This document shows, one piece after another, positions 40,301 through 53,009 of a DNA stretch of 64,000 nt (the stretch's first letter is position 1; the number at the start of each line of letters is the position of its first letter). Under the pieces are notes generated by a model. The model saw only the letters and a program-made list of their open reading frames with translations. It ran no database searches and was not told where the DNA came from. Origin of the DNA: Tubiluchus corallicola (Eukaryota; Animalia; Priapulida). The translations under genes and the position numbers were made by a program. The DNA lies in assembly GCA_030141605.1 (NCBI GenBank), contig JAQGDQ010000429.1:62001-126000 (forward strand), given 5' to 3'.

Positions 40301-41404
40301 TTCTGGTCCTGGAACAAAAACAAATGAATTTCCGGGAGTGATGCAGGGTGGAGGAAGGTGGCCTGCCAGGTAGAGTGATTTTTAACAATGCACTCCCTTC
40401 TTACACAATGTCTGGTCAGCAAATGAAACAGTTGTATTTTGAGCATTGTAGTTCACTTGCTGTTTTCTCTAATAAAAGGAGGGTACCGTTGTTAGGTACC
40501 TTTTTATAACTTTGTGTGCCCTTTTGCAAATTTTTACCTCTGAACATCAAGCAAAATTTGTAAAAGCTGTCTACATTTTACTCATAAACTGCTCTGCTGC
40601 TCGAACTGCTTCAGTTTAAAGGGTGAATTTTGAAATATATCCCAAAAATGGTCCATATAAAATTATATTAATTAGCATTACGCTTACCTGTTTGAAGAAA
40701 TCAGAGAAAGAAATTCTTAGTAATTTAAAATGTTCGTGTGCCAGCTTGTAAAAAAACATTTCTGCATCATCATCCCAGTGCGCACCACTGGCTCACCGAA
40801 AAACACGTTATTGGCAATACAATGTAATTTATACTTTCGCTTAGCGCGCTATGAATGCCCTGATAATTTTTTCAAACTTTACGCAATGTTATTTAAACTT
40901 GTTTAAGACGACTTGCTGTAAAAATTGCTGCGCCTTATCCGGTCCTCGCGGGAGTTACTACTGCAAGTTTGTATAATATTATTGCCAACACAACCACTGT
41001 ATGCTATAAGATAGCTTGGAAGTAATGCAAAAAATTAGAACATTTTTTTAAATTTTATTTATGAAGAGTGTGTTCTTGTCCTTTAAATGGAGTCACATTT
41101 TTAGAATGTCCAAACATTAACTGCACAGAAAAGCTCTGTATCAGGAATATTCTCATGCATTACAGTGAAGATAGTAAACGACAATTAAATAGAGCAGGAT
41201 TCTTAGAGCAAAATTAATAAAAATTCATTCTTTAGGTTGAATCAGATTTGTAATGAATTTGTTGGTGCCATTGGTGAGGAAGAAATATACGATGCATTTA
41301 TTCAAGACAGCAGGAAATTTACACAGTTTTTGTGCAACCAAAAGGGAGGTGCATGCAGCAAAGAATCAAAACAAAAAAGAAGAATCGAAAAAGAAGACCT
41401 CTGA
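36049..41404 (+). CDS. MZB1: MZB1/pERp1-like (canopy/saposin-like) ER-lumenal protein, 5 coding exons, 200 aa
   Basis: Exons 36049-36112, 37336-37481, 39529-39647, 40265-40369, 41236-41404 (603 nt). Signal peptide METWYLPLLTVILLLLFKFSVS. Motifs PDLSDEEQHSLHMPAYLRCEACEAVAYQ, DYGIKEVEGETRLSGPG, GGRWPARL and GEEEIY. Six Cys; C-terminal KEDL. Confidence 0.92.
37720..38302 (-). mobile_element. Kolobok-like (TTAA TSD) MITE, copy A
   Basis: Bounded by TTAA at 37716-37719 and 38303-38306; reverse-complement similarity to 38307-38665 and 53875-54285 (shared aatagattcaaaacttaattaa and ctgagag.tacagca blocks). Confidence 0.7.
38307..38665 (+). mobile_element. Kolobok-like (TTAA TSD) MITE, copy B
   Basis: ttaa|aggaagacaaaac ... 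gggtccggttttgct|ttaa; 3' end is near-identical to 54250-54285 (tttgacctacagtttaagattgggtccggtttt). Confidence 0.75.
38995..39050. repeat. (TG)n/(TGCG)n microsatellite
   Basis: tgtgtgtg...gcgtgcgtgcgt. Confidence 0.9.
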
Positions 41405-41738
41405 TGAAGAAATCCTTTTAGCATTTCCAAATGTTATGTGAAGAGTGCAGATTTTGCAGTCATTCCAAAATTATTTACATTTTTGTAGTCTTTACCAAGG
41501 TTTTAATAGCTACTATGAATATAATATCTTATTAGACATTCTGACAACTGTTTGTAGTGTACCAGTGTGGGTGTGGGTGTGTGTGTCTTTACGTAAGTGG
41601 CTGTTGATGAATGGCCTGTGTCTAAATGGCCTGAAAAAGTCTCGATGCAGTTGTAAGAACTTGTGCAATGTCATGATGTGTAAGGAAAAACACAGTCACA
41701 TTTGGGAGTCAGAATTTCAACATTCTTGTCTCGGTCAC

Positions 41739-42147
41739 TAGGGGTTGGCATCGAACGTTCGAGTTTTTTCTTGTTCAAATTCGATTCAAACCTAAAATTA
41801 TAAATAATTTTTATAATAATAAAAAAATTATTAAATAATTCAGCATTTCAACTACGTACATTGTTTATCATTAAAACGTTTGAAACATCATGCAGTCAGC
41901 ACAATTTTGCTGCGATTTATGTGCATAATTTTTAAACAAATTACGAGTGTTTTTATTGCGGAACAATATCAAGTAATGCGCATGACCTTTGCGCGAGTAC
42001 ATTTTATTAATGATTCGAAAATTTATTAGAAAATCTTTAAAGCTGAATTCAAATTGGATTCGAATTCGAAATTCAGTTTAATCCAAGTTCGAAAATCACT
42101 AATTCTATTCGATTCAAATTTATTCTGGCAGAGCATGCTCACTCCTA
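41739..42147. mobile_element. hAT MITE, second copy, downstream of the MZB1 stop codon
   Basis: taggggttggca ... tgctcactccta; colinear similarity to 8349-8727; degenerate TSD TCGGTCAC/TTTGTCAC. Confidence 0.8.
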
Positions 42148-43733
42148 TTTGTCACAGTAATATGAGTTGAGTACAAGATGCAGAAACATTTTAGTTTAGG
42201 TTGTACAAACTGTCACTGTGTCACATCAGCAAAATCAAGCAATGAAATATAGACAAGATGAGTTAATATTGCCATGTATTGTTGATGAACAAGTAATTAC
42301 GCTTAAACGTTAATTTTGACCTGCATATCGTACTACTGTTTGAATGCTCCAAAATTTGTACCAAAGGTATAAAAGTATTCGTTTGTAGATATGAATGAAT
42401 GAATTATGATCTGCATTGTAAGACAATCATATTACGACTGTTGAAAACAGCATAAGTGTAAGAGAAATTAAATGAGTTTTTCCCATCCATATCAGAGTTG
42501 GTAAATATTTCTACTTTTGATAGCAGCCTTGTTAACTTTTCAGTTATGATCTAATGAAATTTAATCCCTTCTTGTGTTTGTAGTCATTATATAGATCTGA
42601 TAACTAAACATCTGTGATATACATTTAGTAACTATGGATATTTATTGGTTTTGTTTGTGATTTTATATGCTATCATGTATACTTTTACAATAAATTGAAG
42701 ATGTTAAGTATATTTGGTATTTACCTTTATAAGTTTTTCACTGTGATACATTTGAAAATTAAATTTAGAGTTTAAATTAGAAGTTTCTTTCTCTTTGGCC
42801 ATTATTTTCCCCTTCCCCTCTCTCTCTCTCTCTCTTTGGACAGAAGGAAATTATTTCATTATGCTCCTTTAATTTTTGCATAGTGCTGCCATCTACATTC
42901 ATTTTTGTTGAAACGTGCTCAAATCTTACTGGCTTTTACAGCATACATGAACCGCGTATTCTCTGGCTGTTTTCACACCTGAGTGATGTCACCTGTAGTT
43001 TTTGGTGTTTTAATTCCTGACTATGATCATGCAGATATTTCAGAACAAAAGTTGCTGGTGTAATAAAATCTTCAAACTAAATTTAATTTTTTGGTTTCTT
43101 CAAACCACTTTTTCCTTTCACTTTGTCTCTATTTTGTCTTGTTCTGGCAAGCATCAACATACAATCTATTAATTGTATCATACCTTTTTATCAGAGAACT
43201 ATGGGAAAAATTATTACAGCTCCATGGCCAATAGCTCTAATTATACAAAGTTATTTCATAACAAAAGCAAAAACGTCAAGTTAGTTTGCAAGAGAGTAGC
43301 AATTACGTGTTACATTAAATTATTTCAAGAACCTAGAAGGTACTATGTTTTGCCAGCCGTCTTCTTGTTTCAATGAGGCCTATTATTCCACACTTTTTTG
43401 TAGTAGATTATTAATTTTTTCACTAATTTGCCATTGGACACAGCAATTATAATACTGTGGGTAAAATTTTAGTGAAAGTATAGTATGTTTACAAGAGTAG
43501 ACCTTGGTGCTAAACCTAATTTACCTGGCTTTAGTGCTGCTGCAACTAAACTAATGGTAACAGCTTCCAATTAGGAAACTTGCTAAAATTTATTTCTTAA
43601 CAGAATTCTTTGTAAGGTATTTATTAATCGATGCAATGGCAATCAATTTTATCTCATGGTAAGAAAGACTACGTCGCTAAAATAATATTTCTTCCCAAGA
43701 ATTTCCAGACTTCCCGGCTGGTTTGAACCATTT

Positions 43734-43734
43734 G

Positions 43735-43781
<47 letters not shown>
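43734..43781. repeat. (AAT)n microsatellite
   Basis: About 16 perfect units. Confidence 0.97.
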
Positions 43782-43783
<2 letters not shown>

Positions 43784-44223
43784 TACGTACGAAACGTAGT
43801 AAATGTACACATCTATGGTTGAACCGTTGAACCATGGATAAAGCTAGATGTCAATACTGAATCGCGTCTTGTAGGTTTCCCGTAATGTTGAAGCAAAAAT
43901 TGAAGGCGTGAAGAATTTTTATTGTTTTATGGGAATTGGAAAAGAAGACGTCGTTTCTGTAAATGTGAGTAAATTTTTTCCTTACATTTCAAGACGGCAT
44001 TGACAGTTGTCTATTAAAATGTTGAATTTTGCAGTTGGTACGGGATAAAATTATGAATATATTTTACTAGTGAGTAAATCAAAAAAACAGCAACACTAAG
44101 TGGAAATTTCACGCTTGCTCTACATCTCGTGTTCTGTCTCGCCTTGAACCGCATAATGCTGTACTGCCTTGCCATGCACCGCCTATCAGTCTATCAGTGC
44201 AGGATACAAGCAAGTCATATATC

Positions 44224-44227
<4 letters not shown>

Positions 44228-44258
<31 letters not shown>

Positions 44259-45345
44259 GTAGTAGTAGTAGTAGTAAATCTCCAGTAGTTATAATATAAC
44301 TTTTGAGACAAATAGTTCTTCGACTGTAATTGCGACAAATTGCACATTTAATAGATTGTCATCAACACCTAGGTGACTCCACTGGCAAGTTTTCTCACTA
44401 TAATATGTAATCCAGCATCCTTGTTATAGGCATGTTCCAATTAGCACGGTGATTAAATTTCAATGGATGATGTTCATAGTGTCTATCTAATTTTGATTTA
44501 AATAAATTTACAGATGTTGCTGTTCTCACATCACAGGGCAATCTATTCCAGATTTCTGGCATCGTACAAGAAAAATAGTCGTATTTACCAGTTTTGTGTG
44601 CAGTTCTTGATTTATGAAGAATAGGACCTGATCTTGCTGTACGATGTACTTCTAATTTAACAGGACAATCATCACAGCTGTAAACTCCAGATACATATTT
44701 GTATACATCAATTAGTTGGCCACGTAAACGTCTAAAAGCTAATGTAGTTAAACCTATTCGTTTTAACTGACTTTCATACGTCAAGTTCATTAGTTCCGGT
44801 AACATGTTGAAAGCTCTCATTTGGACAGTTTCGACTGGGTCCACTATATATGCCCTAGGACTATTCCAAATACTACTTCCATACTCCACTTTTGATCGCA
44901 CAAGTGCCACATATAGAAGCTTGAAAGTTTGCAGATCTAGGTACTTGAAATTCCTCCTTATTAAAGCATTGTTTCGTTTGGCACTCTTTATGATTTCTGC
45001 TATGTGATCTTTAAAATTTAGTTTATTATCAAGTAATAATCCAAGGTCTTTCTCACAAGCACTAAAGTCCAATTCTGCCGGATTGCCACTTGCATCATAC
45101 ATTTTGTATTTATACTCATATCCTGCTCCCACAGATACAACCTTACACTTGTTGGGATGGAACTGCATACCATTTTCAACTGCCCAATCACAGAGCCCTT
45201 CTAGATCCAATTGAAGATCATTACAGCTGGTAAAAGAATCAGATTCAGACCAGATTTTGCTGTCGTCGGCAAAAAGACGAAGAGAATTACTCACACAACT
45301 AGGCAAGTCATTTATAAATACCACAAATAAACACGGACCTAATAC
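44228..45345 (-). mobile_element. 5'-truncated CR1-clade LINE (RT C-terminal half, 3' UTR and microsatellite tail)
   Basis: ORF 44398..45423 contains LGPCLFVVFINDLP, LFADDSKI, FHPNKCKV, EKDLG and LVRSKVEYGSSIWN. Uninterrupted from RT domain 4 to the stop codon; (TAC)n(TA)n tail at 44228-44276 on the element strand. Confidence 0.92.
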
Positions 45346-45486
45346 CAAATATACATATATATTATAATTTATATATCTACATTGTTGTATAGATAAACTA
45401 AGAAAAGTTAGAATGTATGTCAACGAAGTATTGCACTTTTGCAGTTAAAATTGTGAATCACTAAAGACAGTAAAGTAAATGTAATC

Positions 45487-45846
45487 CAGGTGTGTGCAAA
45501 TTATCGGACTAGCCGGGCCACATTTAACTTTCCCGCAATTTCTGCGGTCTGCATACAGTTTGGTCAAGAAACCGAGCACAGTAGGACCCAATAACAATTT
45601 TTTGCTTTCGATCTTTGCACATCATTACTACTACACTCAAGAAAACCATAGATTTCAGCTTTCATCTCAGATAGTGGTAATTTTATTACAATGCATATTA
45701 GTACAGTGTGTCACACAGTCTGTGCGGTACAGTGCATATTAATCTGTCTGCCCGCACTTTCATTAGGTTGACAACCTCTTCGCGGGCCGCACAAGATCTC
45801 TCGGCAGGCCGCAAGTGGCCTGCGAGCCGCAGTTTGCACACTCCTG
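45487..45846. mobile_element. hAT (Charlie-like) MITE
   Basis: caggtgtgtgcaaa ... tttgcacactcctg with perfect 8-bp TSD ATGTAATC; GC-rich gcgggccgc subterminal motifs. Confidence 0.92.
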
Positions 45847-46766
45847 ATGTAATCAAACACGAGGAAACAGTAAAGAAAGTCACAACAAAGTAAACTCTCG
45901 CAAACAGGCACTTTTTATTGATGATTTTGGAGAAGAGCCTTTATACCACCTGTATCTCCATCTCGTAGTACATTGCACTGTTGTACATGGCGTGGTGGTA
46001 TATGTTTTATGGTGCAAGGTGAGGCATTACGGTTCACTGCACTACACGGGGATGTCGAGCAAGCATAAACGTTCTACGTTGTGTTCTCACTGAATCTCAA
46101 TCACCTCCTAATGCATGCCACTTGATTCCCCTTATTTGTTATTCTAGTTTTGAATAAACCTTTTAGTTCACACTGCATCACTTTCGTCAGCTAAGCTTTT
46201 CATAAAATTTACATTATTTACAATACGACTTAAGCAAAAACCTGCGAAATTTTAGCCAATGCATATTGTGAACAGTTATTTCCTAGTCAGATGTAGATAT
46301 TAAAACATATTAAATTTTAGGTAAGTTTAGGTTAACTTCTGAAAAGTAAATTTAGGTTAGCTATGTACATCAATTGTGAGCAGGAATCATGGCAAGAATT
46401 AAACTGAGTAGCACGAATATTTCGACAATTATTTAAATTGGTGTAAAATATGTTAGAGTCGATTATCCAGTCATCGATGTTTTTTGCTTCAATCTCTTAT
46501 TAACAAAATTGAAATTAGTAGCTTAACAATGTTCATCAAGGTTGTTCAACTTCTCACAACTCAACAGCGCTGACCCAAGATTTCCCATGTCGCTGAAAAA
46601 TGCATTGCTTTGAATCCGGGTATTTTGATGTCATGACAGATTTCAAACTTGTTTGTTGTATAATATGACTGAATGTGTCCTATCTTTACAATTCAACAGA
46701 TTTATTTCGCAATAAACATATACATATGCAATACGTGTGCATCGATAATCAGTTTTTGTTGATGCA

Positions 46767-46836
46767 AAATTATGATACAATTCATGATTTCTGTCCTAGA
46801 GAAATTATGATACAATTCATGAATTCTGCCCTAGAG
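46767..46836. repeat. 35-bp tandem duplication
   Basis: aaattatgatacaattcatgatttctgtcctagag occurs twice with two mismatches. Confidence 0.85.
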
Positions 46837-47036
46837 ACCTAAGAAGCTAGCTTATGCTAGACCACTAGAATCAGTTACGAGAAAAATTACAATGTATTGC
46901 TAATGGTTAGTGTGAGTTACACTGGACGTTAATAGTGTGAATTTTCATAATTTCGATTTAAACTGATGGTCGGTACAGCGAAATGATAAATGCTTTAACA
47001 CAATCGCTAAGCATTTGTGGGGGAGGCAACAGTTGT

Positions 47037-49870
47037 TTAGACTATATAGAGGTGCGCATTGCAGATGTATATGCGGGTGTGAAGTAATAGAAATATTATT
47101 ATACTAGAGGGGAAGTTTCTGAAAATGAAAAATAATAACAAATCGTGATTGAGTGATAAGTTATATGTTTCAAGTAAGTGTAATTTATAATTTTTTTTAA
47201 ATATAGACAATGAGTTGGCATTTTTTATAGCTGGAGCAATTGAATTCCCTATGTAAGAGCCATTGTATTTATTAGAAAATTTTCTAACATTTGTGTCACA
47301 CTGTATGTAGTGATAGTTAAGTCTATATCGTGTATCGTAATTATGTATCTCAGCATTCAAACAAAAATAATCAGTAAATAAGGGTGGCAATAATTTATGA
47401 GAGAATTTGTACACGAAAATGGCAGTTTGGAACTTATTAATGTCATAAATGTTTAGAAAATTTAGTTTTTTAAATATTAGCGGTGTATGGTTCTGATAAC
47501 CGGCAAATGTTATAGCTCGCACTATATTCTTCTGAATCAGGTGAATTTTTTTCAATCGACTGGTGTATGTGCTTCCCCAAACAATGTCTGAATTATTAAG
47601 ATAGGGTAAAAAAAGAGAATTATATAATAATACAAGTATTGATTTAGGCAATATGCGTCTAACTCTGTATATAATACCTATGGATTTGGAGATTTTGCTT
47701 TCGATAAATCTAAGATGCTCTTGCCAAATTAGGTGTTCATCTATGGTGATGCTAAGAACATAGTATGTTTTACTTTATTTATTGGGACTTCATCGATTTT
47801 TACTGTAAGATTACTAGGGATTCTTTTATTTTTATTTGTGAATACAATAAATTTAGTTTTTTCAATATTCAGTGACAACTTATTAGCTTTAAACAGGTGG
47901 AGAGGTGTACAAGTTCTTGGTTTACAGTGTTTATCGTTGATTCATAGTTTGAGTGACTATAGAAGATGTTAGTATCATTGGCAAATAAAATGAAGTCTAG
48001 CATTATGGAGATCATTAATATAGAAAAGAAAAAGCAATGGGCCTAAGATTGAGCCTTGTGGGATCTATAATTGATTTGCTTCACAGAAGAAAATGTGTTA
48101 TCTATTAGTATGGATTATTTTCTGTTGTGTAAATAACTTGTAAACAACTGTAAAGGTAGACCTCTGACACCATAGTTGTTTAATTTAGCTAAGCGTATTT
48201 TATGGTCAATAGTATCAAAGGCCTTAGATAAATCAATAAAGATACCAATTGTAAATTCATATATTGTCAATTGCATTTGATATTAAATCAAGAAGTTGAA
48301 GTAGAGCCATGTAAGTGCAATGGTTTTGTCTAAAGCCTAGTTGTTTGCTATATAATATGTTTTTTAATGAAACTTAATAGTCTATTATACATTAGTCTTT
48401 CAAGAATTTTGGAAAAACAGGGAAGAATTGAAATGGGCCTATAATTTTGAAACTGGGACTTATCATCACTTTTAAAAATTTGATTAACCTTAGCTATTTT
48501 TAGAGAGTCTGGGATTATTACCTGCTGAAAATGACTTGTTAAACATATTAAGTAGAGGTTCAGCAATACAGTGGATGGATTTTTTTAAGGATAATTTGTG
48601 ATATATCATCATACCTTGTACTGTTTTTATTTTTTAAATTATTTGCCCCATTTAACAGCCCCATTTTATCAATTGGAAGCAACTGCATTGTTTTCCTACA
48701 TGCATTTGGTAAATATGAAAAATATGATGTATTTGTAATGGGAATTGTGTCTGCTAGAGCTGATCCTACATCTACAAAATAGTTATTAAAGCCATCGGAT
48801 ATTTCTTTTGATGTCATTGGGTTATGCTGTGTTTTTTTGAAATGTGACTGTTCTATATGAGAAGTATCTCTTTTATTAATAGCTAAATTTATAATTTTCC
48901 ATGTTTTTCTCATGTTATTCATATTACTTTTAATTGTATTGGCATAATAATATTTTTGAGCTTTTCTTAGTATTGACGTTAAATTATTTCTATATGTTTC
49001 ATAATGGTCAATGTTCAGATCAGTAGGGTTTTTTAATTTTAGCTTATACAATTTATTTTTGTGTTTAATTGAGTGGATCAACCCGCTTGTTAGGTTTATT
49101 TAACATCCGTGGCTTTATTATTTTTGTGACTAGTGGAAAGCTATCATCGAAATATTGCAGTAATTTTTAAAGAAGGATTGAAAAGCCGAGTCAGGGTTAT
49201 GTATGCAAAAGATTTGGGACCAGTCATAGGATGCTAGTTTGGACTTGAAGTCTGCGATGGTGCTATCATTACAATTCTAAATTTTGAAACTATTGGTTTT
49301 GAGTGAAGTGCCACTTTTAAACTAGTTACTGAATAAATGGTAAAATGGTCAGATATATCACTGATAGTAAATCTGTTATTTAACAAAAATTCTTGGACAT
49401 GTTTCTACAATTATGATTAAATATCGAAAGTTGAGTATCACTGGTATTTGTGTTTGTGTTAGATTTTATTATAGCAGTATTTATATTGATATCTGTGGTA
49501 TAGTCACAATTTATTCTGCTAATTCTGTTATAGAAGTTTAAGTCTGGATTAAAATCTGCATACAGTGAAGACAATAATTTTTCATTATAATTAAACGGAT
49601 TTAGATGTAATTCAGTAAGTTGTAAAGTAACTGAATCAGGTAAATCGATCATGTCAATAGGGTTTTTGAATTGTATTTCATTTTCTATATTATTGAAGGG
49701 CAATATATCTGCAAGACATTTTGTACAGTACCACTAGTCTACACTATTAGTTAAAACATTGTATAGCTCTGCCGTTAGATTAGTACATATCAAGTGTTGC
49801 CAAATTCCGCAAACGTTACATAACAGACATTTGTGGTCATTCTGTACCTTATTAAAACATATAAATCATA
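47037..49870 (-). mobile_element. Decayed LINE ORF2 (CR1/L2-group) with N-terminal PHD finger, largely deleted endonuclease and RT
   Basis: Frameshifted pieces: PHD (C-x2-C...WQHLIC...WYCTKC, about 49715-49860), endonuclease start HNCRNMSKN and end [47 protein letters not shown] in place of YADD, LLYNSLFLPYL. Confidence 0.9.
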
Positions 49871-52188
49871 GAATTAATGAAAGTATTTAAAGAAAAAAAT
49901 TAATAAAAAAATCAGTCTGCATAATAATTTTTTGGCATAAAGCTATACTGTGCAGTGTTCAGCTTCGCTCACAGGATAATTGTTGTTGCAATTTGGTATG
50001 CAGGCAAAGAATAAAATAAAGCTTTATTAATGAATGGTTTTTGTATTTGTTGTATTTGGTTCATGGTTGAATAGTCATGTGAGTGTCATGGTGCGGCCTC
50101 ATGCTCGATACTTGTTTTGGGTGGTGTACACGGTGTAAACTCACTCTTTACCGCTTAGATGGAAAATGTATATAGAGTATACATCCGTTAATAAATCTGC
50201 CTTGATGCAAAGCTAAATGGATTTGTTTAGTAGTTGGATTTGTAAACCAAAGAGATCTATAATAGCATTTTCTGTATAATTATAGTGTAAACAGTAAACT
50301 GCATGCGAATGCTAATAATTCATTACTTAAAGTAAAGTGGACTGCTAAAGACAAAGAATTATGTGGAAAAAATGCAAAGATGCAAAATGTGCTTAGAAAT
50401 AAGACTCTGATCTAGCTCAAGTTAAAACCCTGGAATAGTTGTGTGGTCTCACATCAAGGTGGATTTATAAAGCGAAGTTTGGATTTAATAAACGATTAAT
50501 TTTACTAGTATTGTCAGTTGCATTCCAGCCATGTAGGGCACACTAAGTGGCTGGTTTTATTATGCTTATGCATAGATTTATTGAACATGTTCTACCATAT
50601 ATATATATATATATATATATCATCATCAAATTTGCATCAGACAACTACTGGTGTAAATACAGAAGAGTTTTCTCCCCCTTTAGGTGTACTTTTGGCAGTA
50701 AACCCTGAAAATTTCTCTGCCATTTATTTGTAAAATCGAATGCTTGAAGGTTTTCAATTTTTATGTTTACGCCTGCATTCAAGGTATTATTAAACAGAGC
50801 CCGAATTTCGATTTTCTCCTATAGAGGGGTAACAGCCAGTGCATGTGCTTGTTTATCAATTAAACCTTGTTTTTACAGAAAAAAATTTCAAGTAATAAAG
50901 GGATATTACTTTACCAGGATATTATTCCATTATTATCGGCAGCCTCTAAAAAACTGCTAACTTGAAATTGAGACAAACGCCGATACGCAGTATGCATCTA
51001 TTGGCAAATTGACTGTCCACAAAAACTTACAATTTGTCGGTTTAAATGAGTCAGCCAAAAATAAATAGTAACTTACCGTTAGCTTATCCATTATGAGATA
51101 AAGATTTATGGCAGACCAGCAATCAGTGTGGTGCAATACTACCACACGGGGCTTTGCTTGTAATTAGCCTTTTGCTTTAGGCTTCTAACCTGGTTAAAAA
51201 CGTAACATGTAAGGTGAAAGGAAAAATATGGAATAAAATTTTGTTGGCCACTTGATAATTTTTGGCTTGATCAGGTTTCCGATAAAAAAATTTACAGTTT
51301 TCATCGATGGATGTGGGGCACAACATTCGCTTTTTCACACACGAAAGAAACCAAACTAAAGCATTGTGGAGTGAAACAGTAGTATTGATGGAGCCAAATA
51401 TCGTACCGTACCAAACTGTCCGCATTGTCTGCATATTCTGTCCGTGCAAATTCCGGATGCACGTGAATACACCCTTAAGATCTAGTAGTGACATTGAACA
51501 GCATGGAATGTAGTTTTATGATGTTCCTCTTTCACTCATTTGCCAAATGTTCCCGTCTATTAAATTAATTTAGATGCGCAGAGATAGCTTTGTTATTGTC
51601 TATAATTTACAAGGTGTTGCCAGGCTGCATGCATACTTGTCATGGTGAGTCAATTGAACCTAAATTCCCGTGAATTTCCACGCAGTGCCTACACACTTAA
51701 ATCTAACTAGGAGTGTGGTTCGAATTTCTTGGGGGCAGAGCTTATTTTTTTCAAGTCGGGATGCCTTGGACAATGGAAATCAAAACTTTCACGTGCAATG
51801 TTCAAATACAGCGCTTTTTTTATAAAAACTTTCCCCTTTCGACCATATATTCATTTAAGTTATCGAAGCAGCTGTAAGTGGGCCATTTTTCGGAGAACTC
51901 AGTACTAGATACGCCCCTCTGTTGCTATAACCTACTATTTTAGTGAGTCGGCGCACATACCCATGTATCTCAGTTAGCCCGCAGGCAAATAACAAAAATG
52001 AAGATGGGATGTACGAAGCGAGTACATTCCAATCGGATATTTGTGCGTTGCTGATCTGTGTACCAGCTCTAATCCGTGTCGTTGTTTGTTTACTTTGTTT
52101 ACAGCTCCGCACAAATATGACACACTTTTTGTTGTGAGCTCCAGTGCGGTAGAGTTTTAGTCTGAGATCTTTAATACGCGGTTGCCTT

Positions 52189-52212
52189 TGTGTGTGTGTG
52201 TGTGTGTGTGTG
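52189..52212. repeat. (TG)n microsatellite
   Basis: Perfect dinucleotide run. Confidence 0.9.
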
Positions 52213-53009
52213 CAAGCTTCTACTAAACGATAATAAGATTATTAATTTTCCGTGTTTAGTGTGTTTCACTTTGGAGCGTGTTGTATTACTAATTTAACTT
52301 CGATAAAATCCGAAGAAAAGTTTTTTTTATTTTGATTAATTAATGAACAAGAAAGAAGAATGCAAATAGCAGAGATTGTAACAGGTGAAGATTCAGTAGT
52401 GTTTCTGAGTAGTGTATACTACGTTAATTTAAATAGCTAAAAAGTTGAACACTTTGACTTTTGAGTTTTTAATACTTTTATAATTGTGTGGATGACTTTG
52501 TGAAGCATGTATTGGTTACAAGTTTTGGCAGTTAGTAAGCACAGTACTCAATTCCTGACCGAACTTTGTAATCACATTTTCTTTCTGTGAGTTCTAGTGA
52601 CTATGATTCTTTCTTGTAATAAACACAACTCGGCTAATTAAAGTATGACTGTTTTAAATTACGATACGTGATACTTAATCCTTTGAATTGAATCCTTATT
52701 TTTTCCGCACTACGCATATTATATCAATTATAACACGTAATACATATTATATTATAACAGATTAATATGCATCTTATGTGTTGAACAGAACTTTACTTCT
52801 TTAATAATTCATCAGTTAAAGTGCATTAACTTGTTATTACCTGTAATCGCCATTTGCCACACCTTGCCATCGCTTGGATTACCTTTCAACACTTTTATTC
52901 CAGGTATCAGCCATACGTTTTGGTAGCTTTTGCATTACAAGTTTGGTATGTGACCTTGCGGCAAAATGTCACTGAATGAGTAGCAAGCTGTGTTTCCCAT
53001 TTAAAAGCA

